Under the pieces are notes generated by a model. That model worked only from the letters and a program-made list of their open reading frames with translations, was not told the DNA's origin and ran no database searches. 64,000 nucleotides of DNA from Octopus vulgaris (taxonomy: Eukaryota). The stretch's first letter is position 1. Each line of letters opens with the position of its first letter. The position numbers and the translations under genes are program-made. The DNA is taken from positions 140,554,001 through 140,618,000 of the forward strand of contig OX597817.1 of NCBI GenBank assembly GCA_951406725.2, given 5' to 3'. Positions 1 to 12,370 of the stretch are shown here, one piece after another.

Positions 1-931
1 GTGTTTTTTTTTTGTCTTATTTTTAACATTTTATTAAATTTCAACATATTTATATTTATTATTTAGTCACATCAATATCAATGTTTTGCTATAACAGATC
101 TTTTTTAATCCGTATTGATTTCCTATAAATATAGTGCCAGAGAAGAAATATACCAGAGTGATGCTTATGCATTCCGAAGTGTATTAGCTGTGGAACTTGA
201 AGGAAATTGGCTTCAATCGAGTTAAAGCGAACGTAACCCTTTAATCCTCGGAATTTTTTCCTCCCCCTAATATCCGCATCTCGTATCAATTGTATTTTGG
301 GTGAACGCAGTTACTTTTTATGCAGATGGTGGCTTTTCTCCATTGAACAGAGTCAAATATTTTACTGGAACTAGTTTCCTTTTTTATATTTCTTGGTCTC
401 ATTACATTTCGATTATTAACAACTTCACTCCTTGTTTTTCATGCAGAAAGCATACCTAGGTACTTTAGTCTCAGGCATTATCTTATGTTATCACATTATT
501 TATTGTACATTAATTCACTCCAAATCTCTCGCTTTCTCCTCTCTTCCCCCCTCTCTTTCTCTCTCTCTCTCTTTGTGTGTATTTATGTATATATTTATGT
601 AAGGGCGTATCTATCACAACATGATGGAAAGACAATGCCACATTTTATCTACTGCATCATGCAACTCCAACAATCGATTCTATTAAGTAAGCATGTTCTA
701 GACATTTGCCTCGATACATACATGTGTGAGTGCGTCTTGGTGTGTGTGTGTGTGTTGTTTTAATTTTCACTTTTCTATTCTTTGCGTAGGTCAGATGGAA
801 TTGGTAAAGGCAGAGTTTTTCAGCCAGATGGCCTTCTTGTCGCCAATTTTCACTTGTTTCAAAGCAGAGTAACATTTCGCAACGGTCCGTTGTCGTGTGA
901 TGTCAAAACACAAGAAGACACATACACGGAC

Positions 932-932
<1 letters not shown>

Positions 933-975
<43 letters not shown>

Positions 976-988
976 ATACACACAAATA

Positions 989-1040
<52 letters not shown>
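933..1040. repeat. (CA)n followed by (TA)n microsatellites
   Basis: Directly visible dinucleotide tracts; they generate the spurious THTH/YIYI ORFs. Confidence 0.97.
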
Positions 1041-1043
<3 letters not shown>

Positions 1044-1215
1044 AAAGTTTACGAAAAAAACCAAAGACAAAGACAGGTGGTGTACAAAACAAACAGATGT
1101 ATTAGTATAACGCTCAGGAATAGAAAAAATATTTTACGTTTCGAGCCTATGCTCTTCTACAGAAAGGAACACAGAAAAACAACAAGGAGAGAAAAAAATG
1201 TGTGTAGTGGCTACA
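1041..1215 (-). mobile_element. Penelope-like element terminal repeat (pLTR) fragment, family P1
   Basis: Near-identical to 53460-53632 and homologous to 25055-25230, which is contiguous with a GIY-YIG C-terminal coding remnant. Abuts a (TA)n tract. Confidence 0.75.
1131..1166 (-). ncRNA. Minimal hammerhead ribozyme motif, CUGUAGA core variant
   Basis: Minus strand reads CTTT CTGTAGA A GAGC ATAG GCTC GAAA CGT A AAAT: stem I, variant core, stem II GAGC/GCTC, GAAA, palindromic ACGU stem III. Confidence 0.6.
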
Positions 1216-1365
1216 CAACAGGTTTCTTTCGGTTTCCGTCTACCAAATCCATCCACAGGATTTGTTCAGCTTGAAACTATAGCGGAAGAAACTTGGCCAA
1301 AGTAACACACAACAGAACTGAACCCAAAAGCATTTGGTTAGGAAACAAACATTTTAACCACACAT
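1216..1365 (-). mobile_element. Degraded 5' part of tRNA-derived SINE family C
   Basis: ggtttccgtctaccaaatcca...gaactgaaccc...accacac matches the fuller copies at 33622 and 55482. Confidence 0.7.
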
Positions 1366-1638
1366 CACACTTGTGCAAAAGTTTAAGCGTCAGTCACGAA
1401 GCTGAAGTGGTGCCTTACACCCTACACTCACTATTTTTGGTCCATTTTATTGCAAGCAGATCCAAACAATCACCCGAATCTCCCAACTTTGTCCTAGTGA
1501 AACATCCTGAGTGTGATATCTGAAGGGAGAGCTGCCCCAAAAGTCCACTGCAGTAAAGTGCTTTGCTCAGTGATACAACGTACTGCTTAATCCAGGATTT
1601 GAATCCATGAGCTTATAATCAAAAGTCTACCACCGTAA

Positions 1639-1676
<38 letters not shown>

Positions 1677-1925
1677 TATTTGAGGGAATATAAATCCAAA
1701 CTTACAGGGAAAAAAATTCAATTTAGAAATACTAAATCAAATTTCACACAATATAATATATATGTATATATAAAATTATACGTTTTTATTATTTTTTTTG
1801 AAATTTACTGAATCATTGATATTTTATTGTTATTTTAATTTTAATACTTCTATTATATGTAATTTTCCAGATTGTGTAATTTAATTGTTCATTTTGAATT
1901 GATAAAAGGTGTTTTTTTTTCTTTC

Positions 1926-1963
<38 letters not shown>

Positions 1964-2194
1964 CTAAACAAGAAAGATTAATTGTATGTCCACTTTATAT
2001 GCAAGCTGAATATTCTATACTATTGACTGGAGAAGAAAAGTGGGTTGACTTCGTTTAGGAGTGGTCAACAGTCCGTCAGAAGACTCACCGCCATCTATTG
2101 TTACTGCACATCAAAAACAGCCAAATCAGGGGTCTAAAAGTTTTTCTCACAACCAAGCTTTTTAATACTCAGATAAAAAAATAGGTTGGTAGGT

Positions 2195-2261
2195 ATGCAT
2201 GTATGTATGTATGTATGTATGTATGTATGTATGTATGTATATATGTATGTATGTATGTATG
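2195..2261. repeat. (TATG)n microsatellite
   Basis: Directly visible. Confidence 0.95.
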
Positions 2262-2820
2262 TGAAAGTCAGGTCACTTTCGAGTGCTACTGGTAACATGT
2301 AACCCAGTACAACCTGTTGCATGGTCGGGTCGTCAGCGACTAAGCCGGCAACCCCACCAAGCTTGCTTGGTGAGGAGGGTGTTTATTGGACATCCTCAGG
2401 GATGAAAAACAAAACCCGTCAAAGGGCGGAGGAACTCTTGAGAGTCAACGGCCATCCAGTAAATGTCTTAAGGCTGTATCATGCGCGGGGACATAGAAAT
2501 AATTGGACTGAATACCCGATCGCGCGGTTAAACCATTGGGAGTGAAGGATCTCTAGCTTTTGTTAGGGCATCCTTCTAGTAGAAAGTAACTCAGATAACT
2601 GGGATAACTCCGACATAAAACCTGCGGCTCAGTGGTTACTGATGATGTTGACTTGTTCTTCTTTTCGGATTATGGCTGCTGTTGCTTAGTGAGTGGGATT
2701 GACTCAGTGCACAGCCTTTCCTCACTTTAAAAAAAATCTTCTTGCACAGGCATTGCACGATAACAACATTGGTTAAGCTTCGTGCAATGGCCATACTCGA
2801 TAACGAGGGGGAAGCCACGA
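2262..2820 (+). mobile_element. Interspersed repeat D (non-coding retroposon-like) embedded in (TATG)n
   Basis: 2359-2819 aligns by eye with 41352-41812; both copies are flanked on both sides by TATG repeats and share the right end. Confidence 0.8.
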
Positions 2821-3019
2821 TGTATGTATGTAGGTAGGTAGATACTTTTAACAACAGTTCGACTCATATCCACATGTTTAAAGTTTCGTGGCTATGTAGG
2901 GCCTGTCCATCTGATCAGAGGCTCGAAAGTAGAGTTTTGTTAAGAACATATATATAATTTCTACCCAATTGTGTTGAGTGATATTTTCTGTCTGTTCTTC
3001 AGTCACCCTTATGTGTTTT

Positions 3020-3700
3020 CTTATGCTGCGAAATAGCGTCCTGGGAAAGAACGCAGGGTGTCCCAGATCCAGCAAGACAAAGTGATCGAGAATAGTAGAT
3101 ACAGATATTTCGCCATTATTGTGGCTTCTCAATACCATGTACCCGGATCGCCACGTACTCCACAAAACGAGATGATTCACTAGTCTGGAACTTATATGCA
3201 AATAGTGTGAAGTCTATTTGCTGATGTGCTGCGGCGGAGCACATGCCAAAGAAAATTAAATTACGAATTAAAAGCAGCTTCAGTAATGTAAGCACATACA
3301 TAGTGTTTTTGTTTTTTTTTCATTAAAGGACCGTTTGCTGCGGTATGGCGTCCAGGGAAAGCTTCCAACATGATGCCGAGGGTTTGAGAACAACTCGCAC
3401 CTAAGTGATCGAAAATGGTAGATACCGATTCATTTCGCTTCGAGGTGATCCGATCAAATGATACTGATAAGCCAAAATAATAGTGAAATTTTGTTATCTA
3501 TCATTCTCGGTCACCTCGAGGCGAATTGTCTCGCCAGGTCTGGGACACTCGGTGTTTCTTTTAACACTCGGCGTCATGTAGAGAGCTTTCTATGGATGCT
3601 ATCCCGCAGCAGACGTTTCTTTACGCAAAACACATACACTATGTGTGCGCGACCGACGATGTTTACATTACTAGAGCTGCTTTTAATTCGCAATACATAC
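3020..3700. repeat. Degraded LINE-like segment present as a diverged direct duplication plus an inverted copy
   Basis: gcgtcc.gggaaag...gtgatcga.aat.gtagatac occurs near 3035 and 3347; 3440-3695 is the reverse complement of the same unit (cgaattaaaagcagc / gctgcttttaattcg). Confidence 0.55.
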
Positions 3701-4344
3701 ATACATACATACATGCTCTCACTCCTCGTTAATTAACTAAGCTCGAAAATAAAATGGAAGGTAACATGGTCGACGCTAGTGAGACGAAAATATTAGACAT
3801 TCTTGACAATAATTTCGTTATGCGAAATTATTTCGCTGTGAGACTTCCTTAACTTTGTTGTACTTGTTTACACATAAAGCTCAACAATAAAGGAGCAGGA
3901 CTAGGGTCAGGGCCATTCCAACTGGAGAAGAAAAGTAGGTTGACTTCGTTTAGGAGGGCTCAACGTCCAATTTTCTCTGTTCTGAGATCGTATTTAGAAC
4001 TGTCTTATACAGCGATAAAAATAGAGGATTTGTTTTGGGAAAGATTCGGCTGCTATCTCTAGCATGCCAAGTGATTGCTTATAGGTTTATTTTGTAGCAG
4101 TTTAGTTCTAAGTCTAAGCTAATTAAACAGATCTGAAATTAAAGGTGTAACTTCTCTTTCTTTATATCCAAGCTTCTATGTTCCATTATGCGTTTTTTTC
4201 ATACTGTGTGTCGTGATTTGATAGTAAGTTGGTTGCTATTTCTAGTAGGTTCAGTGACTACGCTGGGATTTTCTCGATTCTCTGATCAATAAAAAATTCA
4301 GGAAAGGACACCCAACAAATATACAGAAGACGCGGGACGATGTT

Positions 4345-4715
4345 GCTACTGCTGCTGCTGCTGCTTGTTTGTTTGTTGAGCGAAGCGGTCTTCGTCCCAG
4401 AGCTCGCAAGATCGCGCCTCTGTAGTGGGAGACGTCCGAATCGTGGTCCTTTGCTATTCGTAAGACCCGCAGAAGAGAGCATCGACGGATGGATGAATGC
4501 GCATCCAGGCTCAGCGATTGCGTAGGAAGTAGGGGAAAGAGTGAGAGAAAGCTGGAGCGAAAGAGTACAACAGGGGTCACCTCCCCCTGCCGGATCCTCG
4601 TGGAGCTTTAGGTGTTTTCGCTCAATAAACACACACAACGCCCAGTCTGGAAATCGAAACCGCGATCCTCCAACCGCGAGTCCGCTGCCCTAACCATTGG
4701 GCCATTGCGCCTCCA
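4345..4715 (-). mobile_element. tRNA-derived SINE, family A
   Basis: Minus-strand head ggaggcgcaatggcccaatggttaggg...ggtttcgatttcc with Pol III A/B-box-like motifs and a (CAG)n tail; homologous to 49493, 50345 and 51430. Confidence 0.9.
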
Positions 4716-5611
4716 CCACTGCTGCTGCTCCTTCTGCCGCTGCCGTTTCTCTTGTTGTTGATGGTATTGTTGTTTCTTTTGTGTAGACTCTACACCTGGT
4801 CGATCAAACTTATCAAAGTCGTTCCAGCTGTGACCAACCCCAAATATTTTTTATATTAAAAACTACATTATACGACGTGTTTCTTGAATTTGGAAGAAAT
4901 TGGCCATTATTTCTACAGACCTCTTCGTTAGCTCCCATTTGAATAAGAAACGGAGTAATTTTTTTTTTCTTTGTTTAGATACCACTTTAGCATCATAAAA
5001 AAGTATCACCAAATCCATCACTAAAATAACTGTAAATAAATTAGCAAATGTGATGAAATGCAGACCAACAGTGTTTCTGTTATTAAACACGTTTGTAACC
5101 AACCCCTGTTGTGTTCAATCATTTTAAAATGGCGTCAATGTTTTTATATTTTATAATCATATTTAACTAAACTTTATGAATGTATCTTAGTGAATGTGTG
5201 GTGAGAGAGGAAAACATCATCTTAGAAAAACATCATCTTTTAAGATCTTAGCAAAATTAACTAAGAATCACGCACTTCTTTTAAATTTTATAATCAGTTT
5301 CTTACAAAATATGTGTTTCCAAGAGACGTTTTTGTTTAGTGGTGGCGGTGGGTTTATTAATATGATTATTATATGTAACTCTCTTATTAGCCAGAGGCAC
5401 GTTGCCTTGTGGTTAGGGTGTTAAATTCATGAACCAAAGATTATGGCTTCGGTTTCTGGACCGAACGACGCGTTGTGCTATTTCAGGTTGCGCTCGTCCA
5501 CTCATCTCACTCAAAAATCCTGTTGGGTAATCCCGCAACAGAGCCGCGTCCTCTACATCTTGCCAATATATACAACAGGGAAACCGGGTCTAAGAGTCTA
5601 TATAACTCGGA

Positions 5612-5651
<40 letters not shown>

Positions 5652-6265
5652 GAGGCGCAAAGTGGTAGAATCATTCGCACGCCGGGCAAAATGCTTAGCG
5701 GTATTTTGTCTGCCATTACGTTCTGAGTTCAGATTCTGAGGTCGACTTTGCCTTTCAGCTTTTCGGGATCGATAAATTAAATACTGAGGTCGATGTAATA
5801 GACTAGACCCTTCCCCCAACATTTCAGGCCTTGTGCATTTAGTAGAAAGGTTTGTTAAGGCGGCGAGCTGGCAGAATCGTTAGCGCGCCTGGCGAAATGC
5901 TTAGCGGTAATTCGTCTGCCGCTACGTTCTGAGTTCAAATTCCGCCGAGGTCGACTTTGCCTTTCATCCTTTCGGGGTCGATTAAATAAGTACCAGTTAC
6001 GCTCTGGGGTCGATGTAATCGACTTAATCCGTTTGTCTGTCCTTGTTTGTCCCCTCTGTGTTTAGCCCCTTGTGGGTAGTAAAGAAATAGGTATTTCGTC
6101 TGTCTTTAAGCTCTGGGTCCAAATGCCGCCTCGGTCGACTTTGCCTTTCATCCTTTCAGGGTCGATAAAACAAGTAACAGTTGAGTACTGAGATCGATGA
6201 GACCGACTTATCCCACCCCACCCACCCCGAAAATCGACGGCCTTGTGCCAAAATATGAAACCTTT
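5652..6265 (+). mobile_element. Cluster of tRNA-derived SINE family B copies carrying a Deu/Nin-like core
   Basis: Three occurrences of gagttcaaattccgccgaggtcgactttgcctttcatcctttcggggtcgataaa...gtaccag; the core resembles the Deu/Nin SINE domain as I recall it. Confidence 0.85.
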
Positions 6266-6399
6266 AATTTTTTTTCTTCTTACAATTTTGGTCACAATTT
6301 TTTTCTGAGTGTCTTTCCGACACCTAGGGCAAAGAAACTCACGTATACATTGGTAGGCCCTTAAAATAAACATGAAGTTATGTGAAAGAAAAAAAATGT

Positions 6400-7135
6400 A
6401 AAGAAAGAAAAAGAAAAGGAAAAGAGAAAAGAGGGAAAGGGAAAAAAATTCACTGCGATAATTCACTGTGACGTATGAGTTAAGACAATCTTTTGCACTT
6501 CCTGCAAGGATGGTAAGCCAGGGAGGGATCATTCTTAAATAACTTTCTGTTCTTTTTTTATCGTTGCAAGTGCTCACACAATCACTGGTATTCTAACTGC
6601 CTTGAGATGCCACATTTTTTCGATTTCAATCAGCAGATCTTTATATTTTCTGAATTTGTCAAATTCTTTTGCCGAGATATTATGATCTCGAGGTATGCTC
6701 ATGTCAATCAATAAACTTCATTGTCTTCTTTCGCAATAATATCTAGTTTATTAGCTTTCATGATATTGTTTTGTATGTACTGGAAAGTCCAAAAAAATCG
6801 TTACATTTTCTCCCTCAGTAACTGCTGTATGATGGTGCTTATACCATTTGTCAGCAGTTTTGATTTCATAATGCTGCCGACACATTAACCAGTGTAGATA
6901 TTGGCCAATTCTTGATTCATATTTCACTGGTGCTACGACTTTACATCCAGATATTAGGTGCTTTAGTTTCAATTCCATCGTTGCAGAATCGGCACTTTGG
7001 GGTCTACTCCATTTTTCATTTCGTTGACTTAGCTGAAGCCTTCGCTCTCTACCTTTAGACCTGAGCTACGTAGCCTCTGATGGGTGTGCTTCTGGTCAAC
7101 ATCAGCTTGTTTGCTACGGGCCACATATTTGCTAT
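6400..7135 (-). mobile_element. R4/Dong-type non-LTR retrotransposon, degraded C-terminal part (zinc knuckle and restriction-like endonuclease)
   Basis: ORF 6751-6978 HLISGCKVVAP...IGQYLHWLMCRQHYEIKTADKWYKH...IFLDFPVHT. Confidence 0.8.
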
Positions 7136-7147
7136 GCAATTCTTAAA

Positions 7148-7350
7148 GCAGCGAGTTGGTCGAAACATTAGCAAATCGGTCAGAATGCTTAGCGGAATTT
7201 CGCCTGTCTTTACGTTCTCAGTTCAAATTCCATTGGAGTCAAGTCTGCCTTTCATACCCCAGGATTCGAAAAAGTAAAGTATCAGTCAAGTAGGAGAGTC
7301 AATTTTTGTCGACTAATCCCTTCTCTTCAAAGCTGTTAGTATTGTGTTTA
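7148..7350 (+). mobile_element. Diverged SINE family B copy
   Basis: gcgagttggtcgaaacattagc...cagttcaaattcc...tgcctttcat matches family B. Confidence 0.7.
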
Positions 7351-8720
7351 AATCAGATGCCATTATTATTATTTCTGTCAGTATATATATATATATGTAC
7401 ACACATATGTGTATGTGTGCGTATATTGTACATATACACACACACACACACACACATATTACGAAGGTATAATGCAGAATTGAATTTGAGTTTCATGTAG
7501 CAAATGTTTTCTTGAGTCAGTCCAAAATCAACTACCGCACTCCTTATTATCTCTCATTTGTTGCTTAAATTTAGGAAATATATCAGACGAAAACACAGAA
7601 ACAAAATTTCAAAGCTGTTGTAGAAGCACTAACTCCGAAAGATATAAACAGATTGTGTGAAACAAGAAATTATCAACGTTTCTTAATTACAGGTTATGGC
7701 AACGTTGGGCAATTTTCTTAAACACTTTAATTCACCGCAATACATCTCGAAAGCTAAGAACTAACGAAAAACCAAAGACGAAAACCAAAAACAAAGCCAG
7801 AAAGTTGTTGGAGGAAGTTATTCCGTTGTTGTTTGTCATAAAAGCATTCCACTAATTTATCTTTGGTTGACGCCTGTTTGTCACTTGATTTTTATATATT
7901 AGAGAACTTTTCCTTTTGTATTTAGCAATATATTTATTTTCCTTCTTTCACTTGCTAACTAAATGCAAATAGAATTTTCTTAAACTTATTTTTGAAAATC
8001 GAACGTCTAAATATAGTTGAAATAATTATATTCTACGCTGTTACTCTTTGATTCTATTTTTTATGGTTTTCAATTTATGTTCATTTGTTAGCTTGCACAA
8101 TCTGCCTACATATACACCCACCAATTACTATATATTCCTTCTTACCTACCCAACTACCTATCTACACCCTACATATACAAGTATTCGCATAAGAATAGCT
8201 GTTTATATTTACATGTGTCAAGATGTTTACGGGAAATAGAAGTAAGATTATACATAAACTTACATGAAAGATATGTTTACACACAAGACAGATGCAGAGA
8301 AAAATGGGTCACACATCGATTTTTAACAAATGAAAGATGAAGTTCAGTGCTTCTTAACCTGTGCTGTGCTACCTCCTTAAGGGTGTTGTGAAGCTACAAG
8401 AGGTGGAAAGTATCAAGGAGGTGGTAGATAAAAGGAAAATGAAATTAAAATCATAGATGTTATCATACCAAGAGATGCGAGCGGAGGTGGCAAAGAAGTG
8501 GGGAAAATTGCAAGAATGTGAGCAACGAAGAGAGTAAGTGTTGTCCCAATAGTTGTAGGGGCACGCGGAGTACTAACAATAAAGTTGGAGAAATATGGCT
8601 GAGAAAATGAAATAGACTTGACACTTAAAACCTAAGTACCAAGTCTTAAAATTTGTGGAAAGAGATGCCGTCCACTCGCACAGAGTTAACCAAAGTAAGA
8701 TCGAGAGCTCTGAGAAGTAA

Positions 8721-8978
<258 letters not shown>

Positions 8979-9194
8979 CAGACAGTGGCTCTCGTGTCTT
9001 CTGATCTTAACTGATTGGAAGTGGTATTGTGTACATTGTTTCTTTACTACCCACAAGGGGTTAAACACAGAGAGGACAAACAAAGACAGACAAACGGATT
9101 AAATCGATTGAGCCCAACGCTTCGATCACCACTGGTATCACTTTTACATTACACTCTCGCATTCCATTCAGTCTTGCCATTTCCACTATCAGTT

Positions 9195-10425
9195 CTGAGT
9201 ATTTGGTGATTGTTTTCAACCTCTTTACTCACAATATTCATGTCATTTGGTATGGCTACGTCAATGACGGCATTTGTCTCTCTTATTTAATGACAATATC
9301 TGGCCGACGGTGTTCGATTACACGATCCGTCTGAAAATCCTAGTCCCAGAGTATCGTTACTTTTCTATCCTCCTGCATAACTTTACTTGGTATATGCTCA
9401 TACCAGTTCTCTGTTACTACATAATGGTATTTATGGTATAAGAGCCAATGACGATACACATACAGTTTATTGTGGCGGCGTTTGTATTCTTTTCGTGCAA
9501 GGCTCTCACATCCACTTACCAAGTGGGTCACATTTTCCCCACTATTTCCACAGAGTCTGTATTTCTGGTTATCAGAAGTATTATAGATGTTACACTTCTC
9601 TGAATTGGTAGCGAGAGCTTGGTCTTATGCGGCAGTAATCAGGCTTTCGGTGGTACGCTTCAAATCACCTCGCTTAAGCCATGCCCACGATGCTGTATTA
9701 TTCTTAACGTCCTGTGTACTCCTTTCAAACTGCGCGTGCATTCTTCTTTTCTCTTCTCCTCAGCTCTTTGGTTAAACTCTGCCTTGCTCATCTTGTCATC
9801 TGCATTTACACCACAATCCACTACAAGCTGCTTTCTTCCCTCCTTTCATATTAACTTCTGAGCATTTGGTAATCTCAGATTCCATACCAATATCCCAACT
9901 ACACATCTGGGCTGTTTTGGTTAAGGAATCTATCAGCTTTTTAGATTTCCCAATTTCAGGTCATCTATAAACAGAAGATGATTCAATGATGGATCTTTCT
10001 TCCTACATCGGTAACCCATCTTTACTTTCCTAAGTGTTATTGTTATGGGCATTAGTGCAATTACAAAAAGTAACGGAGAAAACGAAACAACTTGGAAGAT
10101 TCCCCTTTTAATATTAACTTCTCCAAGGAATACATTACTTGAGTACAATTTGGTTTTCCACTCTTTCATGCTATGCATCAGAAAATTTGCGGTGTTGTCA
10201 GCAACACCAAACATCTGCTGGCATTCAACGATCCAAGAATGAGGCATCATATCATATACCTTCTTAAAGTCAATCCATGCTATAGACATGTTTGTATGAT
10301 GTTTTCTTACAATGCTTCAAAACTGTTTTATCGATGACCAGGTGATCCTTGGTACCCTGAGAATTCTTCCTACATCCTTTTTGTTCCCTTGGTAGTACTT
10401 CTTCCTGTGCTAGAAAAGTGTATGT
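9195..10425 (-). mobile_element. R4/Dong-type LINE fragment (RT plus C-terminal endonuclease), disrupted
   Basis: [17 protein letters not shown]...GIFQVVSFSPLLF...NHLLFIDDLKL (9933-10289) and HLVSGCESLARKEYKRRHN...ILWD (9340-9531). Confidence 0.9.
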
Positions 10426-11286
10426 CTTTGCCGCACATATTCTATTTTATGTATCTACATATGCTTAGATATATTTATATATGTATACATGAATATATAT
10501 ATACAATTGTAAAAAGTGTATTCATACACACACACACACACACACATATATATGTTCATGGATGTATGAATTGCATATTTATGTATATGCATGCATATAT
10601 ATATGCGTGTTTGTATATACATGTATGTGTGTGTGTCTGTGTGTATGTATGTATATATATATATATATGTGTGTGTGAGTGTGTGTGTATACATATACAC
10701 ACATATTCAAGCCAACAACAACTTTATAAAAAATATACACTTAATAATTATTGTTTGTTTAAATAAAATATTTCCATACGTTTAACCTATAACACTTGGA
10801 ATATACATTTTAATAAATGGCTTGGGAAATAAATAGAACGTTCCACAAAGTCTGAGATACGCTCAGGGCATTGCTTGAATGTATGTAGGTATGCATGTGT
10901 GTGTATGTGTGTGTGCGCGTGCGCCCGCGTGTGTGTGTGCGCGCACGCACCCATATACATAGAAATGTTATCTTAGACAAAAGAATACAGAGTGGCTTGT
11001 GTTAAGTAATGGTGTTTAATAGTTTCGGTGTTTTTTTTATGCTGTAAATATGTCTGTTATTTCATGGCTTGAAGTTTCTTGCAACATGAAATACTCGGGC
11101 TACTTCGTTCAACTGCACATTTTCTCTCGAATGACTGGTTATTTCGGTCTTCTATAGTACATTTCCGTGTCGGAATCACACATTTTTTGTAGACGTGTTT
11201 GCCATAGGACAGGCTTATTGATAAAGCATACATCTATCTACACATAAGCAACCACACGGGGAATTATGTATAGTGTATCAATATAT

Positions 11287-11666
11287 GGCACTCCGTCGGT
11301 TACGACGACGAGTGTTCCAGTTGATCCGATCAACGGAACAGCCTGCTCGTGAAATTAACGTGCAAGTGGCTGAGCACTCCACAGACACGTTGTACCCTTA
11401 ACGTAGATCTCGGGGAGATTCAGCGTGACACAGAGTGTGACAAGGCTGGCCCTTTGAAATACAGGTACAAGAGAAACAGGAAGAAAGAGTGAGAGAAAGT
11501 TGCGGTGAAAGAGTACAGCAGGGTTCACCACCACCCCCTGCCGGAGCCTCGTGAAGCTTTAGGTGTTTTCGCTCAATAAACACTCACAACGCCCGGTCTG
11601 GGAATCGAAACCGCGATCCTAAGATCGCGAGTCCCCTGCCCTTACCACTGGGCAATTGCGCCTCCA
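11287..11666 (-). mobile_element. tRNA-derived SINE (family A head, different tail) with 13-bp target-site duplication
   Basis: Head matches family A; tgtatcaatatat at 11274-11286 and 11667-11679; tail shared with 44183-44490. Confidence 0.88.
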
Positions 11667-12169
11667 TGTATCAATATATACTGAGAGAGTAAGAGAGAGA
11701 CATACTTGATTTCATACACACACATAGTTACTCACACACATATGCATGCATCTATCCGTGATTGTTCTATAAACAATCTGTCGAGATAACCTTATCAAGT
11801 AATAGCACCACTAACACAATAGAACACAGTAAGAACTTGTAAAAAAACGTTTAATCTGCTGTGTATATTCCCAGAAAGCACCCATAAACCTCACAAACCC
11901 TTCTGATTGGTGTAAATTGCTAAATATCCTTCAACTAAGCATTCGATACAACCAAAACATTCAAATCTCCTATGAAATACATTTATAATTCTTGGCTGAA
12001 GATACGAACACATGTAATAATAGCTCCATGGATATTGCAAATCATATTTGTAATGTCATATGGATGGGGTACGCCACCACAAAAACTTGTGCTTTGTGAA
12101 GCGTACGTAGCAATGCATTAAAGAATTTATAAATTTTCAACCAAAAGTTCTGGTTATCACGATATATAT

Positions 12170-12370
12170 GTGACCGCGTGTGTACCGTTGGCGATTTTTT
12201 TTCCTCCGTCTTCCCTTCTTTGGATCTTTCCTTTTCCTATGTTTCTGACGAAGAGCTCCGCTCGAAACGTTAAACCCTCCTTCTTTCCTGAGCGTCCAAT
12301 AATACTATACTTATTCCACGTCCTCGCGTTATTGTGTTTTCTCTTTGTCTTTTCATGTTTGGATTAACAA
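12170..12370 (+). mobile_element. Penelope-like pLTR fragment, family P2
   Basis: Homologous to the reverse complement of 53180-53375; lies between TA tracts and contains a hammerhead motif. Confidence 0.7.
12241..12275 (+). ncRNA. Minimal type I hammerhead ribozyme motif, intact core
   Basis: GTTT CTGACGA A GAGC TCC GCTC GAAA CGT T AAAC: stem I GUUU/AAAC, CUGANGA, one extra A, stem II, GAAA, palindromic ACGU, GUU triplet. Confidence 0.8.

Noticed and set aside
760-900. Pyrimidine tract plus AG followed by a short open frame (GQMELVKAEFFSQMAFL)
   Set aside because: No CNG similarity and no convincing donor; looks like a decayed repeat tail.
11560-11666. tRNA-like sequences with A/B boxes (also 4640, 14130, 49770, 50345)
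   Set aside because: They are SINE heads continuous with repeat bodies and lack a proper acceptor stem, so they are not tRNA genes.
11996-12020. CTGAAGA-tac-GAAA-CACATG-TA hammerhead-like boxes
   Set aside because: No stem II or stem I.
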